From an uncultured Candidatus Saccharibacteria bacterium (lineage in GTDB: Bacteria; Patescibacteriota; Minisyncoccia; Sungbacterales; SURF-37): a DNA stretch of 64,000 bases. The stretch is taken from contig CAYIKH010000001.1 in the NCBI GenBank assembly GCA_964363965.1, positions 727 through 64,726 of the forward strand, in the 5' to 3' direction. Shown here in pieces: positions 36,910 to 45,922 of this stretch. Both the position numbers and the translations under genes were made by a program. The notes under the pieces are model-generated. The model was given only the letters and a program-made list of their open reading frames with translations, was not told the origin of the DNA and did no database searches. The stretch's first letter is position 1. Every line of letters starts with the position of its first letter.

Positions 36910-38243
36910 AAACTGTATTCATCACCTGCATCCGCGGCATTATATCGCGGAACATCCTTTCGACCGCGGCTTTTGAGTTACTGGCCTCGAGGAACGATTT
37001 GCGTCTGGTTATCATTGTGCCGGAAAGCCGGACTGTGGCCATGAAAAAAGAGTTCGGCGGAGAAAATGTGTTTATCGAGGGCGTCCCCAACCCGCCGCCG
37101 AAAGGCCTTGGCCGGTTTCTTTGGGTCCTGGCTACCAATCTCCTAGCCACCCGCACCCGCGAAGTCCAGCGTCGAGCCAAGTTCGAGTATGATAAAAACC
37201 TCTTTGATTACCTGGCCTCGCGGCTGGTGGGCTTCATCGGCCGCTTCCGCGCGCTGCGACGGCTTTTCCGCCTTCTTTACGGCCTGTTTGATTCCGGCTC
37301 GGAGTTTGACAACTTGTTCAAGCGCTATCAGCCTTCGCTCCTTTTTGGCACCGATGTTTACGAGCTTGCCGATGTCCGGATTATGAGGGCCGCAAGGCGA
37401 TTGGGCGTAACAACCATAGGCATGGTGAGATCGTGGGATAACCCGACATCCAAAACCATTTTGAATTTTATTCCCGATCATGTTGTGGTTAATGCCGAGC
37501 GCATCCGCGCCGAGGCCATTGAATACGGCGATGTTCCGGCCAATCGCATATCCATCTCTGGTGTGCCGCATTATGATTGCTATCTAGACACATCTTTAAG
37601 AACGCCGCGCGATGAATTCTGCCGCCGAGTAGGTCTTGATCCAGCTAAGCCCTTTATGCTTTTTACACCGCCGGCGGACACTTATTTACAGCATGATCCG
37701 GTTGCTCCAGTTGTATTGAAGGCGCTTGAAACCAGCCGCATACAGGTATTGGTGAGAATGCCGCTTGTTGGCAAGACGGAACTCGCCGGTATGATTCCGC
37801 CGCCCAATGCTGTTTTTGATATGCCGTCAAACTCTCCGGATTTCGTTGATGTGCATCTTGACCGCGCGGCTGATCGGCACCTTGCCGATTCAATCTATCA
37901 CAGCGCCCTGGTCATCACCTGGGCTTCAACCATGGTTATTGACGCTGCGGCTTTTGACAAACCCATAATCCTTGTCGGTTTTGATGCTTCGCCCCGACCC
38001 TACGGCCGGAGCATCCAGCAATACTACGATTATGACCACCAGCGGGCCATAATTGAGAGTCGGGGAGTTAGGTTTGCGAGAACCCCGGAGGAGTTAAGTC
38101 GTATGGCTAAACTTTATCTGGACGATTCCACTCTTGATAAGATCGGACGCGAAAAAATCCGCCAGGATTACTGCGGAGATCTTGATGGTCATGACGGAGA
38201 GCGGCTGGGAAAGTTCTTATTGGAGAGGCTTGACGCTTTGTAG
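36906..38243 (+). CDS. TagF-like CDP-polyol phosphotransferase family protein, paralogue 3
   Basis: LVITWASTMVIDAAAFDKPIILVGFDASPRPY...YYDYDHQRAIIESRGVRFARTPEEL. ATGA overlap with the upstream gene. Confidence 0.55.
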   Translation: MKTVFITCIRGIISRNILSTAAFELLASRNDLRLVIIVPESRTVAMKKEFGGENVFIEGVPNPPPKGLGRFLWVLATNLLATRTREVQRRAKFEYDKNLFDYLASRLVGFIGRFRALRRLFRLLYGLFDSGSEFDNLFKRYQPSLLFGTDVYELADVRIMRAARRLGVTTIGMVRSWDNPTSKTILNFIPDHVVVNAERIRAEAIEYGDVPANRISISGVPHYDCYLDTSLRTPRDEFCRRVGLDPAKPFMLFTPPADTYLQHDPVAPVVLKALETSRIQVLVRMPLVGKTELAGMIPPPNAVFDMPSNSPDFVDVHLDRAADRHLADSIYHSALVITWASTMVIDAAAFDKPIILVGFDASPRPYGRSIQQYYDYDHQRAIIESRGVRFARTPEELSRMAKLYLDDSTLDKIGREKIRQDYCGDLDGHDGERLGKFLLERLDAL

Positions 38244-39566
38244 ATCAGTTGAAATGTCGTAGTTGGCCTCGCTTTGCAGTATTTGATCGAGACTGGCGGC
38301 GAGTGCGGCAATGGAGTCTATGTGGTAGCGTTCGGGGATGGGAATGGCGAATTCTCGTTTGCCTCGCAGTTTCGCGGTTGCGGTTTGGCGTTTTTCGCGC
38401 CAGAGCGCGATCGGCCCGACAAAAGCTCTCCAGAGGTGATGCAGCTTCATGCGCCTTGAAATAAGCACCAGCGGCACTCCCAGCGCCCGGATTACGGCCT
38501 CGAGCTTAAGCCGTTTTTTTTCTGCCGCCGGCAAGGTTTCGAGGAAGCCGAATAAATTCAACCAATTGGCTAGAGCCGTAAAAAAATCAGTGTCGAGGTA
38601 GAAAAGTTCCCTAAGATATAATTCGGCGAATCGAGCGTAATTTATCTTGAAGCCGCCGACGAGATCCGGAAGCAATTGTTGAACCCGGAGGTAATTTTCC
38701 AGAATTCCGTTGACTCTTGTGTAGGCGGAAACAGGACTGAATTCAGGCTTGAACGGTCGGGCTTGAAAGCGCCGGTGCGCCGCGGTTGACCAGGCTTGAC
38801 TCATTGATACGCCGAGCCGGCCGACAATAACCACCGGCCGATCGATGAAAAAGCACGATTTGGCAAAAGCAAACATAATTGGCTGAAGGGAATGGATGTT
38901 GGGCATATCGGCGAGTAGGAGAAATCCCAGTCGCATGATGGCTCGTTCTATAACCTGACGGGATATCACCGTGGCCGAAAAATGGAAGCGCGGCAAAGTC
39001 TGTCCCGGTCCTCGCTTCCCAAAGTCATAGAGGCTCCTGATGGTTTCCCTAAGGTCAATTTTCCGGCTTTGGCCGGTAAAGGGTATAATGCCAAGACCGT
39101 TTCTTAGGAAACGGCGCGGATGGTTTTGGTCGTAATAGTAGAAGTGGCTCGCGGTTATGATTTCCGATCCGTCCTGCCGTATTGCCTCGCGAAAAAGTTC
39201 AAGGGCCTGCGGCAGAAGGTAATTGTCGTCATCAAACCACATTACGTATTCGCCCCGCGCTTCTTTTGCGGCGTGGTCCCAGGTTATAAGTCCGGGGCCA
39301 GGCGGGGGATGGAGATAGCGGATGCGCGGATCTCCAGAGTCGGTGGCCGCGCGTTCGGATTCAGGAGACGTGCTCAAATCCGAGATGACAATTTCAAAAT
39401 CCTGAAAGCTTTGCTCCAGAACCGATTTGACGGCCATGCGGATGAGTTCAGGCCGGCCGGTGGTCGGAATAAGTATTGAGAAAAACGGCCTTTTCGTTTT
39501 ACTTTCATTGCTCATAGCAATAAATTCACCATACATTAATACCAAAATGCGCGCCATTATTCTCAC
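38217..39566 (-). CDS. GT2 family glycosyltransferase with extended C-terminal domain
   Basis: FSILIPTTGRPELIRMAVKSVLEQSFQDFEIVISD...WFDDDN. The start is uncertain among GTG 39566, ATG 39557 and ATG 39515. Confidence 0.65.
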   Translation of the reverse strand: MRIMARILVLMYGEFIAMSNESKTKRPFFSILIPTTGRPELIRMAVKSVLEQSFQDFEIVISDLSTSPESERAATDSGDPRIRYLHPPPGPGLITWDHAAKEARGEYVMWFDDDNYLLPQALELFREAIRQDGSEIITASHFYYYDQNHPRRFLRNGLGIIPFTGQSRKIDLRETIRSLYDFGKRGPGQTLPRFHFSATVISRQVIERAIMRLGFLLLADMPNIHSLQPIMFAFAKSCFFIDRPVVIVGRLGVSMSQAWSTAAHRRFQARPFKPEFSPVSAYTRVNGILENYLRVQQLLPDLVGGFKINYARFAELYLRELFYLDTDFFTALANWLNLFGFLETLPAAEKKRLKLEAVIRALGVPLVLISRRMKLHHLWRAFVGPIALWREKRQTATAKLRGKREFAIPIPERYHIDSIAALAASLDQILQSEANYDISTDLQSVKPLQ

Positions 39567-40533
39567 CGAACCGAAAGGTTACTCGAAAACGGCAATAGCC
39601 GTTTTGAACAAGCTCGGCCGGGTGTATCCCTGGTCGGAGGCAAGGAAAAAGCCGGCCATTCTCAAAAGAGCCGGCATCTTGGTGGTCAAACTCGGTATTA
39701 AAATATCAAAACCGCTTCTGGATAAACTTCCGAATTTGAAAATAATCGGCACTTCGACCACCGGACTCAACCACATTGATATAGAAGAAGCCAGACAGCG
39801 GGAGATTCAGGTTATCTCACTTCGTGGAGAGATGCGATTTTTAAAAACCATATTTCCCACAGCCGAGGAGACGATCGGGCTCATAATCATGCTTATTCGC
39901 AAGTTGCCTTGGGGGTTTGACGCGGTTAGGGCCGGCAAGTGGCAAAAGGAGAAGTTTTACGGCCATGAGCTTTTTGGCAAGACATTGGGCATCATCGGCT
40001 TCGGCCGCTTGGGTTCAATGGTTGCAGGTTTTGGCCGGGCTTTGGGCATGAGCGTGATTGCCTGCGACCCTTATGTTTCTGCGGCCGTGATGCGGCGGGC
40101 GGGAGTGAAAAAAGTTTCCATGGATGCTGTTTTCAAACGCGCTGATGTTGTCTCTATCCACGTTCTCCTCACGGGCAAAACCCATAACCTCATCAAACGC
40201 CGCCACTTCCGCCTGATGAAGCCGACGGCTTATTACATTAACACCGCCCGCGGTGAGATAAATAACGAGAAGGCTCTACTCGAGGCCTTGGAGAAAAAAT
40301 GGATTGCCGGTGCCGCTCTCGATGTTCTCGCCAATGAAGATCCGAAGGGGCGCCATGTAAAACGCCATCCGCTTGTGCGCTACGCCAAACGCCATAGGAA
40401 TCTGATTATCGTCCCGCACCTCGGCGGCGCCACATTCGAATCCATGGCGCGTACCGAGGAATTTATCGCCGAGAAGATCGCTCACTTCGTCCAGAAACGC
40501 CGCTCTCCTCTGAGTCGGTATAAAGGGATGTAA
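39547..40533 (+). CDS. D-isomer-specific 2-hydroxyacid dehydrogenase family (glycerate/phosphoglycerate DH-like)
   Basis: GKTLGIIGFGRLGSMVA; the start was chosen at MRAIIL. Confidence 0.75.
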   Translation: MRAIILTEPKGYSKTAIAVLNKLGRVYPWSEARKKPAILKRAGILVVKLGIKISKPLLDKLPNLKIIGTSTTGLNHIDIEEARQREIQVISLRGEMRFLKTIFPTAEETIGLIIMLIRKLPWGFDAVRAGKWQKEKFYGHELFGKTLGIIGFGRLGSMVAGFGRALGMSVIACDPYVSAAVMRRAGVKKVSMDAVFKRADVVSIHVLLTGKTHNLIKRRHFRLMKPTAYYINTARGEINNEKALLEALEKKWIAGAALDVLANEDPKGRHVKRHPLVRYAKRHRNLIIVPHLGGATFESMARTEEFIAEKIAHFVQKRRSPLSRYKGM

Positions 40534-40541
40534 GGAATCGC

Positions 40542-41678
40542 ATGATTGCCACGAAACCCGCCCCCACCGCTTCCCTCATGGACCTGATTGCCTCAGGTCA
40601 TGTTTTTGTGGTGGCCGAGATCGGAAAGAATTTCATCCAAACCCAGGAAGAACGGCCGATCGCAGAATATTTAGAAAACGCCAAAGCTCTGGTGAAGGCC
40701 GCGCATGAAGCCGGGGCTGATGCGGTGAAATTCCAGACCCACAATGTTGAGGATGAGCAGTTGAATATCCTTGTGGTCTCGCCGCATTTTAAGGGTGTGG
40801 ATCGCTATTCGTGGTTGACGAGAAACACCAAAGCCACGCCGCTTGAACACTTCTGGCGCCCGCTCAAGACCTATTGCGACGAACTCGGTATAATTTTTCA
40901 CTCAACGCCGATGTCGCGGGGCGCGGCTCAAAAACTGAATGAGCTTGGCGTTGAACTCTGGAAAGTCGGCTCCGGAGATATTTTGGATTTTGTTGCGCTT
41001 GATTTTCTTACCTCCACCGGCAAACCCATTATCATGTCTTCGGGGATGTCCACAATAGAAGAGCTTGATCAGGCCATTGATTTTCTCAAGCGTCGGGAGG
41101 CATCAGTAATTTTGCTCCACTGCGTCTCAAAGTATCCCTGCCCACCGGAGCATCTCAACCTTGCGACCATCGGGTTTTTGCGTGAGCGCTACGGGATTCC
41201 AGTCGGTTTCTCCGACCACTCTATTGGCATTGATTCGGCTCTGGCCGCCGTTGCCCTTGGCGCTCAAGTCATTGAAAAACATTTTTCATTCTCCCGGGAC
41301 CTCTGGGGTGCGGATCACAAGGTTTCAATGACGCCGGAGGAATTGAAGGCGCTGGTTAGCGGCATCCGTGAACTTGAACGCGACCCGTCAAAAAAGGCCG
41401 CCTATTTGGAGAAGGACAGCGTGAAAGCCGGCATGGGTTCCGGCACAAAAGTCCTGCAGGAAGATGAAGCTGTTTTCCGGCCTTATTTCCGAAAATCCCT
41501 CATGGCTGGCCGCGATATCCCGGCCGGCACGGTGATTACCGCTGATATGCTCTATGCCATGCGTCCTCAGCAATACGCCGGAGGATTGCCGTCGGAGGAG
41601 TACGGGAACGTCCTCGGCAAAGTGACCAAGGTAGGCTTGAAGAAGTATGATCCAATTCGGTGGGAGAATTTCAGCTAG
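40542..41678 (+). CDS. neuB: N-acylneuraminate (nonulosonic acid) synthase
   Basis: AEIGKNF...AGADAVKFQTH, LHCVSKYPCPPE, VGFSDHSIG and a C-terminal SAF-like domain. Confidence 0.8.
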   Translation: MIATKPAPTASLMDLIASGHVFVVAEIGKNFIQTQEERPIAEYLENAKALVKAAHEAGADAVKFQTHNVEDEQLNILVVSPHFKGVDRYSWLTRNTKATPLEHFWRPLKTYCDELGIIFHSTPMSRGAAQKLNELGVELWKVGSGDILDFVALDFLTSTGKPIIMSSGMSTIEELDQAIDFLKRREASVILLHCVSKYPCPPEHLNLATIGFLRERYGIPVGFSDHSIGIDSALAAVALGAQVIEKHFSFSRDLWGADHKVSMTPEELKALVSGIRELERDPSKKAAYLEKDSVKAGMGSGTKVLQEDEAVFRPYFRKSLMAGRDIPAGTVITADMLYAMRPQQYAGGLPSEEYGNVLGKVTKVGLKKYDPIRWENFS

Positions 41679-41681
41679 ATT

Positions 41682-42923
41682 ATGGTGCTCGTAAAAACGC
41701 GCAAACAAAAGGTTAAGGAGTTTTTAAAGGAAATTCCGATAAAGACCGGTCTTATTCCGCCACGGCAGAAGCGGAAGGTCTGTTTTATTATTACCAACCG
41801 CATCCATTACGCCCGCCAGGAAATTCTTTTGAAGCAGCTTAGAGGCGATCCTGATTTTGAGTTGCAGTTGATTGTTGGTGGAGCCGCGCTTTTGGAAAAA
41901 TATAGCGAGGTTCCGGCGGCTCTGGCCCGCCGCGGGTTTGAAATCCAGGAGACAATGCTTAATCTCATTGAAGGCGGGAATCACGTGGCCATGGCGAAGA
42001 CCGCCGGCCTGGCCGTGCTCGAGCTCGCCAACACCTTCCAGAAGCTGAATCCGGACATTGTTTTGATCCGCGGCGACCGGTTTGAACAGCTGGCCGCGGC
42101 CATGACCGCCGCCTACCTGAACAAGACCGTGGCCCATATTGAGGGCGGGGACGTGACCGGTACTATTGACGAGAGCGTGAGGCATGCTATCACCAAACTC
42201 GCTCATATCCACTTTGTGACCAATGATGATGCCTACCGCCGGGTGTTGCAGATGGGCGAAAATCCGGCCTATGTTTTTCACGTAGGCTCGCCGGATCTTG
42301 AATTCGCGGCCGCGGTGAAACGAAAACCGGATCAGGCCATGATGAATCGGATTGGTGTTGGCGGGCACATTGACTTTTCAAAGCCCTATATCCTGGTCAT
42401 CCAGCACCCGGTGACCAGCGAAACCGAGAACCTGGAAAACGTTATTAAAACGCTTCAGGCCGTGAGCAGCCTTGGGGTGCAAGCGCTTTGGTTCTGGCCC
42501 AATCCCGATGCCGGCACGGATGAAATTTCAAAAGGCATACGGCGCTTTCGTGAGCATACCCCCAGCCCACATATTCGCTTTGTCGTTGACATCCATCCTC
42601 GGGATTTTGTCGCGCTTCTGGGCGCATCGGCATGCCTGGTTGGCAATTCTTCATCCGGCATCAAGGAAGCATCGTTTTTCGGCGTGCCGGTGGTCAATAT
42701 CGGAACGCGCCAGCAGGGGAGGACGCGGGCCGAGAACGTGATGGATGTGGGTTATGATACTGATGGGGTCAAACGCGCCATATTCTTGCAGATGGGCCAC
42801 GGTCTTTATTCGCCTTCGCACCTCTACTACAAAACCGAGACCTCCAAGCACATCCGCAAAGTGTTGAAGACCGTGCCTCTTTACACTCAAAAGCGGTTTC
42901 ACGACCAATCTTTTGTCGCATGA
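41682..42923 (+). CDS. neuC: UDP-N-acetylglucosamine 2-epimerase (hydrolysing), NeuC-like
   Basis: KVCFIITNRIHYAR...HIEGGDVTGTIDESVRHAITKLAHIHF. Confidence 0.75.
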   Translation: MVLVKTRKQKVKEFLKEIPIKTGLIPPRQKRKVCFIITNRIHYARQEILLKQLRGDPDFELQLIVGGAALLEKYSEVPAALARRGFEIQETMLNLIEGGNHVAMAKTAGLAVLELANTFQKLNPDIVLIRGDRFEQLAAAMTAAYLNKTVAHIEGGDVTGTIDESVRHAITKLAHIHFVTNDDAYRRVLQMGENPAYVFHVGSPDLEFAAAVKRKPDQAMMNRIGVGGHIDFSKPYILVIQHPVTSETENLENVIKTLQAVSSLGVQALWFWPNPDAGTDEISKGIRRFREHTPSPHIRFVVDIHPRDFVALLGASACLVGNSSSGIKEASFFGVPVVNIGTRQQGRTRAENVMDVGYDTDGVKRAIFLQMGHGLYSPSHLYYKTETSKHIRKVLKTVPLYTQKRFHDQSFVA

Positions 42924-43636
42924 AAATACTAGGGGTTATAACTGCAAGAGGAGGCTCGAAGTCTATTCCTAGGAAAAACATCAGGGAACTCGCCGGTAAG
43001 CCGCTCATCGCTTGGACCATCGAGGCGGCCAAGGAATCCGGCGTTTTCGACCGCATTATTCTCTCAACCGATGACCCAGAGATTGCCGAGGTGGGACGCA
43101 AGTGGGGGATTGATGTCCCATTCATGCGTCCGGCTGAACTAGCCGAGGACACGACCCCGCATCTTCCAGTGATGCAGCATGCGGTCACGTGGTTGAAAGA
43201 ACAGGAGGGTTACGAGCCGGATTTCGTTGCCATTCTTCAGCCGACTGCGCCGCTCCGCCAGGCTTTTCATCTCCGTGAGGCCGTGGAGCTCTTAAGGAAA
43301 ACCGGCGCCGATTCAGTGGTCAGCATGGTGGAGATTCCCGGGCACTTCAGCCCGTATTGGGCGGTCGAAGTTGACGAGAACGGTTTGGGCACGCTTCTCG
43401 TCTCGGGTGAGCCGATTAAAAAGCGTATCCCGCGTCGCCAGTCCCTACCCAAGGCCTATGCGCATTCAGGCGCGATTTATTTATTCCGCACTGGTTTGCT
43501 GTTTGATCCGGCCGAGCCGAATTTCTACGGGGATAAAGTCGCGGCCTACGTGATGGAAGATAAATACAACGTCAACATTGACGGCCCCGAGGATTGGGAA
43601 CGCGCCGAAATTGCCGTCAAGAAACTTAGTAGCTAG
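42920..43636 (+). CDS. neuA: CMP-N-acylneuraminate (nonulosonic acid) cytidylyltransferase
   Basis: GVITARGGSKSIPRKN...LSTDDPEIA; overlaps neuC by ATGA. Confidence 0.75.
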   Translation: MKILGVITARGGSKSIPRKNIRELAGKPLIAWTIEAAKESGVFDRIILSTDDPEIAEVGRKWGIDVPFMRPAELAEDTTPHLPVMQHAVTWLKEQEGYEPDFVAILQPTAPLRQAFHLREAVELLRKTGADSVVSMVEIPGHFSPYWAVEVDENGLGTLLVSGEPIKKRIPRRQSLPKAYAHSGAIYLFRTGLLFDPAEPNFYGDKVAAYVMEDKYNVNIDGPEDWERAEIAVKKLSS

Positions 43637-43674
43637 ACTCATAACTCATAACTGGTAACCATTAACTACACCCG

Positions 43675-44532
43675 ATGGGGTTTCTCGTAGCCATCGCAAA
43701 CGCCGCGGCGGTCTCGCTCCAGGATGTCTTCGTCAAGAAGCTCACCGGCGAGAATAAGTTTTTCCTCATTTGGGTTCGGATTGCGGGCGCACTCCCGCCG
43801 CTCGCCGTGCTTGTCACCGTTTTCGCCGCCTGGTCGGTGCCGTCGTGGCAGTTCTGGGCGCTTATCATCGGGGTGAGCGTTCCGCTCGAAACCTTTGCCT
43901 TCTGGCTCGGCTACACCGCGCTCCAGAAGATGCCCCTCTCGCTTGCCGCGCCTCTCCACGGCTTCACCGGTGTGTTCCTGGTTCCGGTGGGCTACCTCAT
44001 GCTCGGCGAGGTGCCGAGCGTATTCGGCCTCATGGGCATCCTCTCGGTTTTCGTCGGCGCCTTTTTCCTCGGACGCGCTGGCTCGACAAGCGGAATCCTC
44101 GGTTCCTTCCAGAATCTTCTTCGGACGCCGGGCTCGTGGATCGTGCTCGCCGCCGCGTTCATTGTTACCATCCCGATCTCGATTGCGAAAATTTCCTTCC
44201 AGTACGCGCCGCCGCTCCTCACGGCTTTCTATATCGCAGCCGCGATGGCCTTAGCGCTGATTCCCTTTGCTCTTCGCGGCGGCGCGAGCATCCGGATCCG
44301 GGGCAATGGCCGTTTCATCGCGGCCTCGGCAGTGGTCTCGGGTGCCTCGCTCGGCCTCCACTACACCGGCCTTTCACTCCTGCCCGCGGCCTACTTCATT
44401 TCGACAAAGCGCCTCTCCATTCTCTTCAATGTCCTTTACGGGAAGTTTCTCTTCAGCGAGGAGCATATCGGCGAGCGCTTCATCGGCGCCGCTCTTATGG
44501 TCGCCGGCGTCGCTCTGATCGCGCTGGGGTAG
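43675..44532 (+). CDS. DMT/EamA-family membrane transporter
   Basis: 285 aa with about 10 hydrophobic helices in a duplicated EamA-like arrangement. Confidence 0.55.
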   Translation: MGFLVAIANAAAVSLQDVFVKKLTGENKFFLIWVRIAGALPPLAVLVTVFAAWSVPSWQFWALIIGVSVPLETFAFWLGYTALQKMPLSLAAPLHGFTGVFLVPVGYLMLGEVPSVFGLMGILSVFVGAFFLGRAGSTSGILGSFQNLLRTPGSWIVLAAAFIVTIPISIAKISFQYAPPLLTAFYIAAAMALALIPFALRGGASIRIRGNGRFIAASAVVSGASLGLHYTGLSLLPAAYFISTKRLSILFNVLYGKFLFSEEHIGERFIGAALMVAGVALIALG

Positions 44533-44551
44533 GCTTGCGAGATCCTTGACA

Positions 44552-44581
44552 CCGTAGCACCGCCGTGCTACGGTTTTTTTG
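44552..44581 (+). terminator. Intrinsic terminator after the DMT transporter gene
   Basis: ccgtagcac-cgcc-gtgctacgg stem-loop followed by tttttttg. Confidence 0.65.
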
Positions 44582-44644
44582 CTCTTCGACAATTTAAGTA
44601 TGCTTGGGTACTGCACACTTGCAACGGCATGAGGAGGAAAACAA

Positions 44645-45748
44645 ATGACTTTAACAGCAGGAATTCTCGGTTACGGTGAACGCGGAAAGACCTTAGCAAA
44701 AGTCATTCGCGAGAATATTCCGGAAGTCAGGCTCGTCGCGGCCGCGGATCCCGCCATCGAAAGGCGGGACGAAGCCGTAAAAAGCGGTTTGGGTGGATAC
44801 GAAAGTGCAGAAGAGCTCTTTGATAGGGCCCGTCCTCAGATCGCCGTTATCGCCACCAACCCGCCACAGCACTGTGAGCAGGTGTTGATGGCTGCGGAGC
44901 ACGGATGCCACATTTTCTGTGAGAAGCCGTTGGCGCTCTCGCCGGAAGAAGCCGATCGGATGGTCGCGGCTGTGCGCCGGGCCGGCGTCGTGTGCACCGT
45001 GGACTTCGAGACCATCTTCGCGGACTCGTTCGCTGTGCTTCGCGTGCAGCTCCAGCGTGAGGGATTCGGCAAACTGCTCCGTTTCGACGCGGTGGACAAA
45101 GGTAGGCCGCCGGCTTACGACATCGAGACCTGCATGCCGCATTTCCTCCACGCGTTCATGACCCTCACCGGCTCGAAACCTGTGGAGGTGTTTGGTCGGG
45201 TCGTCGTGGATGGCAGAAAGGCGACCCTCGGCGATGTCGTGCCGATCAGGGAGCTTTATCCGCAGGGCCGCACGCACGATATCGGAATGCGGGCGGATAC
45301 GATCGAAGCCACGTACCTCTTGGCAAATGGCGTAACGGTCCGCTACTTCCTGGCCGAGCTGGATGAGGCCTACGTCGTTGAGGCAGGCAGGAGGGCAAAG
45401 CCCGGAAGTGAGTTCATGAATTTCATCGCGTGCGGCACGCGCGGGCAGGTGAAGTGGCACCAGACCTCAACCGGTTACGTCTATCGCAAAGACGTGCCGC
45501 AGGATACGCTCTCGGTCATGGACTGGGAGTTGGTGTGCGCCCCGGAGAAGCCGGATCCGACATGGGTAGCGCCGACTACTCGGTTGGCACAGGATTTCGT
45601 GGATGCCATCGTACGCGGCCGTGAGCCTGCCACGACCATCGAGGACGCCGCATCCGTCGTTGATCAGACCTACGGCATCTACGTCTCGCATCTCGTCGGG
45701 CGGCCGGTCAAGCTCCCGCTCGAAGATCGGAAGCACCCGCTCCTATAG
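44645..45748 (+). CDS. Gfo/Idh/MocA family oxidoreductase
   Basis: GILGYGERGKT...VAAADP...HIFCEKP; a strong SD (gaggagg) lies upstream. Confidence 0.75.
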   Translation: MTLTAGILGYGERGKTLAKVIRENIPEVRLVAAADPAIERRDEAVKSGLGGYESAEELFDRARPQIAVIATNPPQHCEQVLMAAEHGCHIFCEKPLALSPEEADRMVAAVRRAGVVCTVDFETIFADSFAVLRVQLQREGFGKLLRFDAVDKGRPPAYDIETCMPHFLHAFMTLTGSKPVEVFGRVVVDGRKATLGDVVPIRELYPQGRTHDIGMRADTIEATYLLANGVTVRYFLAELDEAYVVEAGRRAKPGSEFMNFIACGTRGQVKWHQTSTGYVYRKDVPQDTLSVMDWELVCAPEKPDPTWVAPTTRLAQDFVDAIVRGREPATTIEDAASVVDQTYGIYVSHLVGRPVKLPLEDRKHPLL

Positions 45749-45772
45749 TTCTCTTTATGCTTCAGCAGTCAC

Positions 45773-45804
45773 GCGGCGGCAGAGCCTTCTGCCGCCGTTT
45801 TTTT
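45773..45804 (+). terminator. Intrinsic terminator
   Basis: cggcggcaga-gcct-tctgccgccg followed by a T7 run. Confidence 0.7.
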
Positions 45805-45922
45805 CAATGTTAGTCTGCGAGCGCACCAATTTTTCCCAGCACGCACTATGTCATTCTGAGCTCCGCTGAAAGCGGGGCGAAGAATCTCGAGATCCTTCGG
45901 GCTCCGCCCTCAGGATGACGGA

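Noticed and set aside
43637-43674. Short tandem actcata x2 between neuA and the DMT transporter.
   Set aside because: It has only two copies in a 38-bp spacer and is probably not meaningful.
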